From positions 65,223 to 129,222 of the IMG/VR virus record IMGVR_UViG_3300042905_003904: a stretch of 64,000 nucleotides of DNA; one strand, given 5' to 3'. Source of the stretch: a virus. Under the pieces are notes generated by a model that was given only the letters and a program-made list of their open reading frames with translations, was not told the DNA's origin and made no database searches. The translations under genes and the position numbers were made by a program. This document shows positions 1 through 11,054 of this stretch, in pieces. Each line of letters opens with the position of its first letter. Position 1 is the first letter of the stretch.

Positions 1-2886
1 TATACAAATACCTGTTGGTATTATTTCTAATATTGTAGATAGAACGGATTGATTATAGGTAGCTAGGGCCAGGTGTGTGGCTCCTGAAATAGTAGCTAAA
101 TACCCAACTTCAGCGTAGTGGGTAACTTGGTTGGTAGCTAAATTATTACCATAAGCAGACGATGCGGCTGCTGACCATTGAGCGGCATTAGTAACACTAT
201 CAGGGCCTGATGATACTGTTGTTTTTGTTCTCATGCTCGGCATTGCAAGAAAGGGAACAGATAATTCGCCGTCTAGGGTTAGTCCTCCTTTAACAGCCAT
301 ATCAGCATCCACACTTAAAGAACCAGCCACTCGGCTACGTTTTGCATTAATCAAAAAACCACCAGTTCCATCAGAATCATCTACATCTATATGAACACCT
401 TTGCCTTTAACTACTGTAGTATATTTGGAGGCCAGAATTAAATCACTGTGACAGGCTGTAATTTCTAGATCCCCCGCATTAATCTTTATTTTACCCCCCG
501 TATTAAACTCCATTCCAGGGGTTCCAGCTATAAACTGAATTTTATTCACAGCTTTATACACTAGATTACCACCAGGAATCATAGGCACATCATTATGGGC
601 AACGGCATCAAATCCATCAGCCTTATTAATTAATACAGTTGGTGTTTTATCAGCAGGGGCTGAATGATATGAATTGGAATTTTTTCCAATATAGGCATAA
701 GGATTCGCAGAATTGACGGCGCCGATACCAGCCCCAAAATACATGTCTTTAGGGGTTTGGATTATATGAGTTCCACCCATTCCCAATTTACTTTCCAGTT
801 CTTGGATGTCGCTTTGTTGATCTTGGTATTGTTGGGCTGCTATTTTATTAGCTTCTGCAATAGCTCTGGATGGTTCTGGAATCTGACCGTTATGACACAG
901 GGGATTACCACAGGTTCCTCCGTTTAAAACATAAGCACTGTGAGTGCTTGGTAGGATCACTTCAGCAGCGGTTCCAATGAAATCAAGAACATCAAGAGCA
1001 AACGAGAAATATGGAGGAATAATCTTACGAACAAATCCTAAAATAGAAGAGACACAGCTATCTTGCGACAGATAGTTAGCATTACACACAGGACAGCAGA
1101 TGGTATCGCCATGAACAGCATGTTTAGAGATATAGTCAATCTTGTCTTGATGAATTTTATTCAGTCTACCTTGTAATTGATTCGTTGCTTCGATTTCAGG
1201 GGTGCCTTGTTCGCCAATAAAACTATAGTGGTCCCCCATATTAACCGTATTAGACGTGCCATTAACAAAGTTCTCAGAATTTCCGCGAACGGTAGTATAA
1301 CTATTACCACCTATTTTACGAGTTTCGTTTCCTGGGTTGTTATGATATTGGCCGTCAGAAGTAAAGGATATTCTATTTCCGTTTTTGTCATACATTGATG
1401 TATGACCCCAATCACTAGCAATCTTAGAAAACTTTTGTTTGACCAATTGCATTACCATACGCAATCCCCCTTGCTTAGAATCTATGGTATTATTTTGGGC
1501 TATCTGAGTATCCGTGTCTTCATTTAGGTTAGATGGACTATTAATTTCCTGAATATTTTGATAGGATACTGGATCTGGTTGCTGAGCAAAATAAACCGGC
1601 TGCTGGGCGTCGCCGCCATGAAAAAATACCCAAACTTTGGCACCTGGTTTAGGCACAGATACCATTCCAGTGCCTCCCGAGAACATAGGTGCCGATAACA
1701 TACTACCAGCAGACGGATTAATATTGCGAACTAGTTTAGGGTCTTCTGAAGATGTTTGCACCCCCGAAAGTGGTGGTAGTTCTGAGAGTGTGGTTTCTGT
1801 TCCTAGTTTGGGTAGGGGGGCTGATACCTGCCCTGTGCTGGTGGTTTGTCCGATGTCAGCTACAGATACAGCCTGAGAACTGCCACCTAATGTAGATGGG
1901 GAACTTACAACATTAACATCCAAGGATTGGCCTAATTTTACCCTAATGGATGGCGGATAATTTCCAGACCATATTTGGCGAAAAACCTCTCCATCAGATG
2001 TATTAAGTTTACCACTTAATCCCACACCGCGAGCCACACTACCTTTCCATATGCTTTTCGAATTCGCAGCAGCCTCAAATCTGCCCGCCAATATATTATT
2101 TAAAAACTCTTTATACGGACCGTTTTGTCCTGACTTTAAAATATATTCATAAACAGCCTTTGTCTGCATATGAATATCATATTTGCCCCCAGAACCACCG
2201 CCATTTAATGCTTGAGCTAATTGGGGATCCATCCCATAATCAATAGCACGTTGAACATCCGCTCCGTTAGTCTGATAATAACCATAATCCCCGAACAAGG
2301 ACCTAGCTTCTGCTAATGTCATGGGGTTTATTCTTTTATTATTACGTGGATCAATACCTCGCATCGCAGATGCGACGTTATCATTATTGGTTTTACTATT
2401 GCCGGTTGCTGAATTATATACTTCAGAATAGGCCTCTTTACTCGAAAATCCGGTTTCCTCATAACCAATACTAATAACAAACCGCAACAAGTTTTCTTGG
2501 GGTGAATTTTTGGATTGATTATTAAGAGGTTCTGTGTTTCTAGTATTAGACGCCAATGCAGACTGGGGATCAGTATTAACTACTTTGCTGGCTGGATTAT
2601 AAACTGCAGATGTTCCACCGCCCCAAATAGGCATAGCGCCTTCTGCCCACGGTAATATCCTTTTAAGACGCTCTAAGATGACATCAGGCAAGCCACCCTG
2701 TTCTTCCCCCATACCCTTAATTATAGGGTCTTTAATCTTTTCGTTATCTTGGGAGTATACCTCATTCCAACCCTGAAACAAAGTAGTGGAGATATGTGGA
2801 ATAAATACTTGCACTCTGCCTCTGTTTTCGGGATCATTGTCATTAATAACAAGTCCTAAATGATTTCCGTAATATTTTTCAGTCAT
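1..2886 (-). CDS. gp5/VgrG-like baseplate hub protein, 3'-partial, with a large insertion in the OB-fold
   Basis: Manual translation from ATG 2886 (MTEKYYGNHLGLVINDNDPENRGRVQVFIP...LPWAEGAMP...VPKPGAKVWVFFHGGDAQQPVYF) is open to the window edge. These are gp5 N-terminal OB-fold motifs. Not in the ORF track because it has no stop. Confidence 0.8.
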   Translation of the reverse strand, partial: MTEKYYGNHLGLVINDNDPENRGRVQVFIPHISTTLFQGWNEVYSQDNEKIKDPIIKGMGEEQGGLPDVILERLKRILPWAEGAMPIWGGGTSAVYNPASKVVNTDPQSALASNTRNTEPLNNQSKNSPQENLLRFVISIGYEETGFSSKEAYSEVYNSATGNSKTNNDNVASAMRGIDPRNNKRINPMTLAEARSLFGDYGYYQTNGADVQRAIDYGMDPQLAQALNGGGSGGKYDIHMQTKAVYEYILKSGQNGPYKEFLNNILAGRFEAAANSKSIWKGSVARGVGLSGKLNTSDGEVFRQIWSGNYPPSIRVKLGQSLDVNVVSSPSTLGGSSQAVSVADIGQTTSTGQVSAPLPKLGTETTLSELPPLSGVQTSSEDPKLVRNINPSAGSMLSAPMFSGGTGMVSVPKPGAKVWVFFHGGDAQQPVYFAQQPDPVSYQNIQEINSPSNLNEDTDTQIAQNNTIDSKQGGLRMVMQLVKQKFSKIASDWGHTSMYDKNGNRISFTSDGQYHNNPGNETRKIGGNSYTTVRGNSENFVNGTSNTVNMGDHYSFIGEQGTPEIEATNQLQGRLNKIHQDKIDYISKHAVHGDTICCPVCNANYLSQDSCVSSILGFVRKIIPPYFSFALDVLDFIGTAAEVILPSTHSAYVLNGGTCGNPLCHNGQIPEPSRAIAEANKIAAQQYQDQQSDIQELESKLGMGGTHIIQTPKDMYFGAGIGAVNSANPYAYIGKNSNSYHSAPADKTPTVLINKADGFDAVAHNDVPMIPGGNLVYKAVNKIQFIAGTPGMEFNTGGKIKINAGDLEITACHSDLILASKYTTVVKGKGVHIDVDDSDGTGGFLINAKRSRVAGSLSVDADMAVKGGLTLDGELSVPFLAMPSMRTKTTVSSGPDSVTNAAQWSAAASSAYGNNLATNQVTHYAEVGYLATISGATHLALATYNQSVLSTILEIIPTGICI

Positions 2887-2901
2887 AAATTAAACAATAG
2901 A

Positions 2902-4143
2902 TCAGACTTCGTAATTACTAGTAGATACTACACCTTCTAGCTTTTCTCCATAAGCATTAGTTGACACTGGATCCCCGGTGCCTGATTGGTAGTATTCGCC
3001 TGGGTCACTCTGCTTTACAACCATGGACATTTCTCTTAATAAATCTGCATTAGCCACCATATTATAGGCGCCCACATAAGATGCATTATTAGCATAGTTA
3101 AGTTTTACTTGACCTATAAATTTACCCTGCAAATTTTGCATAACATAATTAGACGCCATATTCCTTATGGAATTACCCAAGAATGCTTTAGGATTAGATA
3201 CAAATTGCTGAGTTAATTCTAATATATTTCGCACATCAACAGGCAATAAGGACCATAAATCAGGAACCGCCAGCACAGAGGAGTATTTGCCAATATGCTG
3301 ATTCAACATTCCCTGTATATTGGTAATGGAAAGGATTTGTGAAAATGTTGAAGTATAAGAAGCAATGTCTTTAACGAAGAATTGTAATACCTGTAAGAAC
3401 AGACACATTAAATCTGGTGGAATGATTTGTTCTATAAGATTATTGATATACTGTTGAAGCCTACTCATTAATCCATTAATATATGCTATAAAAAGTCTCA
3501 CTGCTTCTATAGCGCCCCTGTAGATATCCATTAACAAGTTCTCTAATGCACCGCATAAAGCATTTACATCACTTAACAACAGCGCAATTTTTTCTACGCT
3601 TCCGAAGGAGGTCTTCGGAGCAGCCAAATAAGCATCCGTTTTAATTTTCTTGAGATATTTGTTAACATCTTCAAAGTAATTGTGTTTTACTTTCTGCAAG
3701 GCATTGCGTATAAGTGGTGGAATATGTTCCATTTCCCCGGACATCGGATTAGCTGCCTGGTTTTGCGGAGTCAATCCAGAGGAACCACCAACCCCATCAC
3801 CAGCCTGCTTAAAAAATCCATTTTTTCCTGCGGGCGTCTCAATTTGCAGATTTTGAAGGCCTGGACTGGTGGATGGTAACAAATGGATCTTTTTAATAAA
3901 TTCCTGATCTATTAAAACATCAGAACACTTTTTAAACCCATCTGGCAAAACAATATGAATATTGGTTCCTAATGATTGTGCACCATAAACCAAAACATAT
4001 AAGGCAGCAGTATAATAACTAAAAACTCGTTCCCCCATTTGTTGTCTCAATAAAGTCAATTCGTTATTGGTTAAATTAGATTGGTTTTCTAATTCTAACA
4101 TGTTAACAGTAACTGTAGAAATTTGTTGAGAATTATTTGTCAT
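2902..4143 (-). CDS. hypothetical virion-region protein
   Basis: 413-aa ORF co-oriented with baseplate genes; no motif recognised. Confidence 0.6.
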   Translation of the reverse strand: MTNNSQQISTVTVNMLELENQSNLTNNELTLLRQQMGERVFSYYTAALYVLVYGAQSLGTNIHIVLPDGFKKCSDVLIDQEFIKKIHLLPSTSPGLQNLQIETPAGKNGFFKQAGDGVGGSSGLTPQNQAANPMSGEMEHIPPLIRNALQKVKHNYFEDVNKYLKKIKTDAYLAAPKTSFGSVEKIALLLSDVNALCGALENLLMDIYRGAIEAVRLFIAYINGLMSRLQQYINNLIEQIIPPDLMCLFLQVLQFFVKDIASYTSTFSQILSITNIQGMLNQHIGKYSSVLAVPDLWSLLPVDVRNILELTQQFVSNPKAFLGNSIRNMASNYVMQNLQGKFIGQVKLNYANNASYVGAYNMVANADLLREMSMVVKQSDPGEYYQSGTGDPVSTNAYGEKLEGVVSTSNYEV

Positions 4144-4172
4144 GATTTAAAATTAGTAGACTTAAACTATTT

Positions 4173-4781
4173 ATGGAACGAACTCTTGATATCCCGAGAA
4201 CTATTGGCATTTGCGGCGCAGCCGGCTGTGGTAAGGACACTCTTTGCAATGCATTAATAACGATTATCGGCAGCCAACTAGCCAAAAGATTCTCTATTGC
4301 GGGGGATAAAATCCGAGAAGATTTAAGACCTTTAATACACCAATCTATGTTCTGGGATATCACCGAACTAGACAGACATCAAAAGGAAACCGTAAGACCT
4401 TTAATGGTAGAATATGGACGAATGATGCGTAATACTACTTTAGGACGATATTTTATAACCCACCTTGAAAATAACCCCACATTTCAAGATACTTCTATTC
4501 GCATTATACCGGATATCCGCTATGATGAATTCCAATATGACGAAAGACATTGGTTAAAGGAAGAACAAAAGGGATTTTTGATCTATGTGGATAGAAAGAA
4601 TACCCCTCCAGCCAACAAATACGAAGAAAAAAACCTGCAAAACTTACGGTTATGGGCTGACCATGTAGTTTACTGGGATACTCTGGAAAATATCGAACAA
4701 GATGCTTTACTGGTGGCTAACCAGATTATTAATAACCACTTTACCACAAACCGTTCGGACACCGCTCTGCCTGCAAGGTAA
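4173..4781 (+). CDS. deoxynucleoside monophosphate kinase (T4 gp1-like)
   Basis: IGICGAAGCGKDT P-loop, RPLMVEYG, IIPDIRY motifs. Confidence 0.75.
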   Translation: MERTLDIPRTIGICGAAGCGKDTLCNALITIIGSQLAKRFSIAGDKIREDLRPLIHQSMFWDITELDRHQKETVRPLMVEYGRMMRNTTLGRYFITHLENNPTFQDTSIRIIPDIRYDEFQYDERHWLKEEQKGFLIYVDRKNTPPANKYEEKNLQNLRLWADHVVYWDTLENIEQDALLVANQIINNHFTTNRSDTALPAR

Positions 4782-5034
4782 CTTTAACCTTTAAATAACA
4801 GCCGCATATAGAGCACCGACTTTTATCAGCAATATATAACGGACATGCTTTACAAATAGACAAACGCCTGATGGTTTCTTCAGATTCGCACCGCAGATTT
4901 CCACCAGCCATTACTTGTTTGATATTATTAATCACAGACTGCCCCACATTTTTAATTTGAGTGGATACTGGGGGTAATGACGGACCTGTATTTTGATTTT
5001 CTAGTATTCTAGATTTAAGGTAGTCTCGATTCAT
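4741..5034 (-). CDS. small Cys-rich (putative Zn-binding) protein
   Basis: RRLSICKACP...RCSICGC...CPNGLW pattern. Confidence 0.65.
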   Translation of the reverse strand: MNRDYLKSRILENQNTGPSLPPVSTQIKNVGQSVINNIKQVMAGGNLRCESEETIRRLSICKACPLYIADKSRCSICGCYLKVKVTLQAERCPNGLW

Positions 5035-5035
5035 A

Positions 5036-6697
5036 TTAGAACTTAGGATCTGTTTCTGGCCAAAGCTTGATAAAGTTGTCTATTTTGGTGGCAATTACAT
5101 CATTGAGGTATGCATTTTGACTTGGGTTAATATAATGAACAACTTTCACCACCATCCACTGACCTAAAAACTTATCATCAAACGGGTGATTGGCATTACT
5201 AGCGGTAGCCGCAACCCTGTCCACAAATAAAAACCTACCAGGATGTCTTATAGTCAATCCATTGGCTTGAAAATATAGAGAATTACTCAAAATTACCGAA
5301 TCCAATATCATTTGATTTACTGGTAGGTTTGCATTATAGTAATTAAGTGGTAAAAATTCATTAGTAGTTGATCGCCCAGTTCCTTTGGTTTGATTAAAGT
5401 GTTGAGATAGTTGGCCTCTCTTTTGTTGAAAGCTATAGAGTCCGTCCTTGCTGCAATTATACAATCCAGTCATTGCCTTATTGGCGGTATTATTCTTGAT
5501 CTTAATTGTAAAGGCCCCAGAGGCAAAATCATAAGAATGCAGTGGTCTATTAGTTAATCTATGACTATCCGTAGATACCATTGGAACATATTGATAAGAG
5601 GATATTATCGATGCCCCGCCAGACATAAAATTTTGAATATTATTAGCAGCACTGGTGTTAAAAGAATCTACAGGGGCTCTTGATTTATAGATGGATATTT
5701 GGTCCATACCATCAGCCAATAGGATTCGTTCTACTTGAGACTGCTGTGCATCTGCAAAATATTTGGATAACGGCATCAACGACCATTTCTTAGTATCACT
5801 AGAACGACCATACTCTAAAAGGACAGGTCCTCCACTAGCAGATTCCAAATGAGGCGTTAGATAATTGATATCATCCAAAATATTTGAGTTGGCTGGAGAA
5901 GTGTAAAATACGCGATTAGAATCTATAGGACCTGCGTCCCAACTGTTTGAATCTGTAGTCCCCGCATCCAATGGAATATTTGGTTTATCTATGGTTGACG
6001 ATGAATCATAGCCAATATTAACTTTGGTGGTTTGAAAAGCTGCTGCTGTTTGTAGTAAATTGCTCAGTGCTAAATTAGCAGGCATGATTCTATTCACATC
6101 TTGGGCACTCGCACCACCCTTTGAGGTGCTGAATTCCACATTATTTTCCAGACAATACTGATATATTTCAGAGTGGAAATATAGTTTTTTTCGTTTTTTG
6201 ATATTATCCGATGGAAGATCTTCCATATCATATATTACGAAATCATAATTCATCTCCCAAGAACTTTTAGGAAAGTCTCCCTTCTCTTTATCGGATTGGA
6301 TCGGACAAAATAAAATACTCAGACGATTCCGCCCATCCGTTCTAAATACATAGGGAGCCTTTGCTCCTGCTAGATTCCCTTGAATACCAGCAGCGGCGAC
6401 ACCGGCAGCAAATGGATTAGTAGCCATTAGAGTCACATTTAAAGCAACGCCAGCCATTTGCTGAATATTTAATTCATATAGATTCCCTCGCTCAAATATT
6501 TCTAAATCATTATTCAGAACCATCCATCCACTCACTTTCCAATCTTGGAAGAGTTCTTCTATACAGATAGAATCTATAAAAAAGGGAGAAACTAAAACTG
6601 GTTTATAGTCATCTAATTGATTCCACAGCCAAACCGTTAATTGATAGGTTTGACCCCCGATAATAACATTAAAATCCGTATTTGAAGAAGCACTCAT
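5036..6697 (-). CDS. putative baseplate hub protein (gp27-like)
   Basis: C-terminal NG...PGRFL...FLGQWMVVKVVH resembles hub-protein C-termini; baseplate context; start MSASSN chosen. Confidence 0.45.
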   Translation of the reverse strand: MSASSNTDFNVIIGGQTYQLTVWLWNQLDDYKPVLVSPFFIDSICIEELFQDWKVSGWMVLNNDLEIFERGNLYELNIQQMAGVALNVTLMATNPFAAGVAAAGIQGNLAGAKAPYVFRTDGRNRLSILFCPIQSDKEKGDFPKSSWEMNYDFVIYDMEDLPSDNIKKRKKLYFHSEIYQYCLENNVEFSTSKGGASAQDVNRIMPANLALSNLLQTAAAFQTTKVNIGYDSSSTIDKPNIPLDAGTTDSNSWDAGPIDSNRVFYTSPANSNILDDINYLTPHLESASGGPVLLEYGRSSDTKKWSLMPLSKYFADAQQSQVERILLADGMDQISIYKSRAPVDSFNTSAANNIQNFMSGGASIISSYQYVPMVSTDSHRLTNRPLHSYDFASGAFTIKIKNNTANKAMTGLYNCSKDGLYSFQQKRGQLSQHFNQTKGTGRSTTNEFLPLNYYNANLPVNQMILDSVILSNSLYFQANGLTIRHPGRFLFVDRVAATASNANHPFDDKFLGQWMVVKVVHYINPSQNAYLNDVIATKIDNFIKLWPETDPKF

Positions 6698-7281
6698 TAG
6701 CAATGATCGATATCAGACAGTAGTTTGGCATTGAATTGATTAAAATCAAACATCGCCTGGCACGTAATTTCATTAGCATCTTGGTGGGAATATGAAATCT
6801 CACTCAAACTAACGATGCGAGCCCCATAATAAACAAAGGACATAATATTACGATTATATTCTTCTGCTGCAAAAGTGGTAAACGTAGTCAGATAATCCGT
6901 AACGGGATGGACTGGTTTACTGCCATTTAATACCACAGAAGTTATTTCTGAAGTAGATTTTAAACTTTGATTAAACAAATCCAACCAGCGCCACAAGATC
7001 CACCAATTTTTATAACCATTATCCACCTTAAAACTCAGTCTTAATGGCCTATAAGCCGGCCTAGAATGGGAGGACACCTTCAATGTTTGTCCGCCGAAGG
7101 GGGTATCAATAGAAGGAACCTCAATACTGGGCGTTGGGGAACCAAAACAAGTAAATTGAATGGTATTGGCATTCGGTAATGTTTCTAAAATCGGATCAGC
7201 CGTTCGTTTTAGGGCTAGGGGCAGATCTAATACCAATGTAAATTTATCTAGCCTGGCTCTATTTAATACACTTTGATGCAT
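6697..7281 (-). CDS. tail tube terminator / tube-fold protein (gp3-like)
   Basis: PSIEVP...YRPLRLSFKVDNGYKNWWILWRWL...SLSEISYS tube-fold pattern. Confidence 0.6.
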   Translation of the reverse strand: MHQSVLNRARLDKFTLVLDLPLALKRTADPILETLPNANTIQFTCFGSPTPSIEVPSIDTPFGGQTLKVSSHSRPAYRPLRLSFKVDNGYKNWWILWRWLDLFNQSLKSTSEITSVVLNGSKPVHPVTDYLTTFTTFAAEEYNRNIMSFVYYGARIVSLSEISYSHQDANEITCQAMFDFNQFNAKLLSDIDHC

Positions 7282-7302
7282 AATGTTACTTAGAAGGACG
7301 GT

Positions 7303-9153
7303 TCAGAAGATCATCGCAGGAAAGTGATTAATGACCTCTGAAGTATCATCCAATAATCCCACGTCTTTAATTTCTGGAACCTCTTCTTTGAATGCTCCGT
7401 CCTGATGTAGCCACATAAACAATTGCTGTTCGTCTGATAGATGAGCAGTTTCTTGACTGCCTACATAACAAGAGGATACATTTGTCCTGGCATTTCCTTT
7501 GGGTCCTACAGATATTTTACCTTGTAGCAACGGACTATTCTTAATAGATTCATTACTATATAAGTGTTTTATTTTTAATGGCCTACCCTGAGCATCTGCT
7601 TCTTCGATTAAGAAGTGTTTAACTGCTAAACTAGGATCCAATATAAAGAGGCCCCAAACTGTGGCTAATACTCTATCATCTAAATCATCTGTTTTCCGTT
7701 TACCAAAGGTATAATTTGGCAACTTAACTACATTATACATTTCGAGTAAAGTATCTAAATCATAAAACCTTACAGCCTTTAAACTATTGGTCCAATAACG
7801 AAAATTGGCAATACCCTTATATTTGGTATTAGAGTGACTATGAATACCATATCGTCCAGCATTATTATAATGTTTACTCATACCATCCAACTGATAGGTG
7901 ACTAAATTTTCATAGTTGTGCGTATGAATTAGCACATCAATAACTTGTTTGCCGTCATTATTATTCTCAATCAGACAAGGAGGACGACCCCAATCATTCA
8001 TAATCCCCATTACCTTAGTTCCAAAGTGGTAGGGGCTAACGTTATTATTCGCATAAACAGCCACCTGAATAATAGCCGTTGGATCTGTAACATCATATAC
8101 TTGAGCAACGGAATTAGTCCGCCCAATACCTTCTCCCACGTCTACTCCCACGACATAGAGATGACCTTCCTGAGGCAGTTCATAGACGCGATAAGAACCA
8201 TTGTCATCTACTAATAAAGGATCTTTACACTGAGCTTTTAGTTCCTCAAGATAGGAATCGTCTACTACAGAGGAGCCCTCATGGAACTCGAGTTCAAATT
8301 CTTGCCTCCAGTCAGCCTCCGAACCCAAAGTAGCCATCGTGCTGGCCTTCCATTTAGCGTCTCTGCCTGGTATTTCATCCCACTTAATAGTTTCTGAGTG
8401 CCATTCAGAATCTGGTTTTTGAGATTCCATGATCAGTTCATAAAATTTATTATCCTTTCCATTCGGTGTGCTGATAACAAACAACTGGGCGGTCTTAGAT
8501 GATGAAATAACTGGAATAGCGCTTTTCCAGAGTTCCTTCATGATTTCCTTAGAGATGTGGGCCGCTTCGTCGATGATTACCACATTGCTCGAAGAACCAC
8601 GAGGACCAGCTGAAGAGGTGGAACTCACTTGGATTTTCGAACCATTGCTTAAAATCATTCCGTTCTTGGTCCAATTCTTAACACCAGGCTTTAAATACAC
8701 TGGTAATTGTTCATAGGCCATCTGAATTCGGCTGAATAATTCTGTTGCGGTTGATTCTTTATTAGCAATAACTGTAATACTCTTGTCCGCTTGGAAACAA
8801 ACAAACCACAAAGCATAAATGGAAACCATCGTGCTCTTACCTACCTGACGAGATGCTAATACTAAGTTAAACCGATTGGCCTTAAATGCTTTTAGGACCC
8901 TTTTCTGACACTTATAAAGACTAATTTTTTGTTTACCTTCATCCAATGAGCGAATGAAAAAGTGATTCTCTGCGAAGTGTAGTAGACTTTTAGTGCAAAG
9001 TTTGAGCTCATCCACCATGGCCGGCGTCCATTTAATGACAGCCTCCTTGCGCATTATGTTCTCATTACCCTGGAATAATTTCCCGGAAACGAGGTAATCC
9101 TGGGTGTCCTCTGGCAACAAATCTAAGTCCTCTTCTGGTTCTTCGTTTGGCAT
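7303..9153 (-). CDS. terL: terminase large subunit (gp17-like)
   Basis: LASRQVGKST Walker A, VIIDEAAH Walker B, ISTPNG, QEFELEF, VGVDVGEG nuclease, DDRV. Confidence 0.95.
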   Translation of the reverse strand: MPNEEPEEDLDLLPEDTQDYLVSGKLFQGNENIMRKEAVIKWTPAMVDELKLCTKSLLHFAENHFFIRSLDEGKQKISLYKCQKRVLKAFKANRFNLVLASRQVGKSTMVSIYALWFVCFQADKSITVIANKESTATELFSRIQMAYEQLPVYLKPGVKNWTKNGMILSNGSKIQVSSTSSAGPRGSSSNVVIIDEAAHISKEIMKELWKSAIPVISSSKTAQLFVISTPNGKDNKFYELIMESQKPDSEWHSETIKWDEIPGRDAKWKASTMATLGSEADWRQEFELEFHEGSSVVDDSYLEELKAQCKDPLLVDDNGSYRVYELPQEGHLYVVGVDVGEGIGRTNSVAQVYDVTDPTAIIQVAVYANNNVSPYHFGTKVMGIMNDWGRPPCLIENNNDGKQVIDVLIHTHNYENLVTYQLDGMSKHYNNAGRYGIHSHSNTKYKGIANFRYWTNSLKAVRFYDLDTLLEMYNVVKLPNYTFGKRKTDDLDDRVLATVWGLFILDPSLAVKHFLIEEADAQGRPLKIKHLYSNESIKNSPLLQGKISVGPKGNARTNVSSCYVGSQETAHLSDEQQLFMWLHQDGAFKEEVPEIKDVGLLDDTSEVINHFPAMIF

Positions 9154-9183
9154 TTTAATTTAAGTATCCTAAGTATTTAGGAG

Positions 9184-9648
9184 ATGGCTAAGAAGAAACC
9201 CACTAAAGCAGTAGCACCCATAGAATTTATAGAATGGGGGGCCATCACTTACGAGAGTCATTGGGCTCCAAATAAAGGCTTGGGTCCAACCGATGGAATT
9301 TATGGGGTAGACAAAATCTGGCCAATCTATTGTTTAGATATTGCTAATCCTTTATGTTTGTATCACCGGTTTCAAGAGCAATTAATGAGGGTCCAGAAAA
9401 AAACGGATAAAATAGACACTAGAGACATGGCTATGTTTCTCCATCAAAACCCGCATATTTATATGGAATTATTGGTATTTGAAGACCTACTAAAGGAGTC
9501 TATGTATTTCAAACTTCGTGGAAAAATATATTGTTATTGTGTAGAAACAATGAAGCCACTAATTACAGAATTCGGACAAAAAATCGGCGTTCGATTTCTA
9601 TTTGATCCCTTTAAGGTTTTAGGATTGCCTTATAACATAGAAGGTTAG
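9184..9648 (+). CDS. hypothetical protein
   Basis: 154-aa ORF filling the gap between minus-strand genes. Confidence 0.55.
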   Translation: MAKKKPTKAVAPIEFIEWGAITYESHWAPNKGLGPTDGIYGVDKIWPIYCLDIANPLCLYHRFQEQLMRVQKKTDKIDTRDMAMFLHQNPHIYMELLVFEDLLKESMYFKLRGKIYCYCVETMKPLITEFGQKIGVRFLFDPFKVLGLPYNIEG

Positions 9649-10001
9649 ATATTCACTTGCTGCTGTAGTGCAGTTATCACAGCAGAAACATACTGTGGCT
9701 TTAATATCTTCAAGACGGTTCCTGGTAGTGGAAAATTGCCGGGTTCTATAATTTGATTATATGCACAAATCAACCACCAAAGCTCAATGGTCTTATAGTG
9801 TTTATACGCAATATAAACCCAGGTTTCGTTGATGCCTACTGTATAGGAATCGTGTATATCATCTGAATTGGGTGGGATGATACTAATAGATTGTAGCAAG
9901 TTATAAAAATACTGTCCGTCTACATCTTGATAGACATTTAGAAAATTTTCATAACGAAAATCTGATAAAACCGGAACAGAATCTAAGTCGGATTGTTTCA
10001 T
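9645..10001 (-). CDS. baseplate wedge protein (gp53-like, LysM-type)
   Basis: ETWVYIAYKHYKTIELWWLICAYNQI...PGTVLKI. Confidence 0.8.
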   Translation of the reverse strand: MKQSDLDSVPVLSDFRYENFLNVYQDVDGQYFYNLLQSISIIPPNSDDIHDSYTVGINETWVYIAYKHYKTIELWWLICAYNQIIEPGNFPLPGTVLKILKPQYVSAVITALQQQVNI

Positions 10002-11053
10002 GGTTTTGGTTTAAAAATTGAATTAACAATGGTATTAAGTGGGGTTATTTTCGCCTCCTTAAGAGGCATAATTACATTAACACTTCCCACGTTGCCGTTG
10101 GCTTCTGCTAATAGTTGAGTGCTGGCTGGTAATAAATCATTTAATGTAAATGTAACCTTATATGCTTCGGGAATTATTATGGACTCAGATATATGACCAA
10201 ATTCTGAAGCAGGCAGCAGTCTAGTTGTGCCTATATTAGTAATATTTAAATTGCTAATATAGGCCGCTGCCATATAAATTCCGCCGACGCCCGTTCTTAC
10301 TTCATAAATTTTAGGTGGAATATGGGTAACCAAACTCGTCCTGGTCATGGTATTTTGGAATGTTAGCAGCAAAACAAAATTATAGTTTTCAAAGGCGCTT
10401 TTGTGGTCTAATGTATTATAGAGGGGGAACGAAACGCTAATAGATTTCTTATCTGACGCCTCAAAATAAGAAACAGTATCCAACCCATTAACACCAGCAA
10501 CGGAACCTTTAGCAAAATCCCCAGCAAGCTTACCAATATAGGAGCCAACCTTAGAAGCGCTAGACGGCTCCTGGCCTGGCTTGGGAGGTTTTGATCCCAT
10601 TAAGCTGGATATCATGCCCCCTGCTCCAGAAAATGGATTAGTATCATGCCCATCCGACCACTTATTATTGGACGACATTAACGAGGATCCCTGATTTAAC
10701 AGCCACGGTAATTTGTAAACAAAATTAGTAGGATCCGCCACATATAGTTTTTTGTAAATGTCTTTGAAGCCGTGGGATTCCTTTCCGAAAAGGTCGGTAT
10801 ATAATGTATTTAAATTAGATAACATTCCGGATAATTTTATCTCAAATTCGGTTAACATTATATACGGAATTTCTAACTCGGCGGGATCTGGACCGGTTTG
10901 GGACCGCCATGGCAATTTAGAATAGACATCCACAATGCCAGCCCCTCGAGGCTCGAGTTTTAACTGACCTCCCATAGTGGTTTTCCCTGCTGTGAAAAAC
11001 GGAGAATTCTTAAAAACCTCATTGAACCCCGATGCTGTAGAAGTATTGGCCAT
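9998..11053 (-). CDS. baseplate tail-tube cap / tube initiator (gp48-like)
   Basis: ISVSFPLYNT...PPKIYEV...YISNLNI...IPEAYKVTFTL; lies just before the gp53-like gene. Confidence 0.55.
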   Translation of the reverse strand: MANTSTASGFNEVFKNSPFFTAGKTTMGGQLKLEPRGAGIVDVYSKLPWRSQTGPDPAELEIPYIMLTEFEIKLSGMLSNLNTLYTDLFGKESHGFKDIYKKLYVADPTNFVYKLPWLLNQGSSLMSSNNKWSDGHDTNPFSGAGGMISSLMGSKPPKPGQEPSSASKVGSYIGKLAGDFAKGSVAGVNGLDTVSYFEASDKKSISVSFPLYNTLDHKSAFENYNFVLLLTFQNTMTRTSLVTHIPPKIYEVRTGVGGIYMAAAYISNLNITNIGTTRLLPASEFGHISESIIIPEAYKVTFTLNDLLPASTQLLAEANGNVGSVNVIMPLKEAKITPLNTIVNSIFKPKP

Positions 11054-11054
11054 A

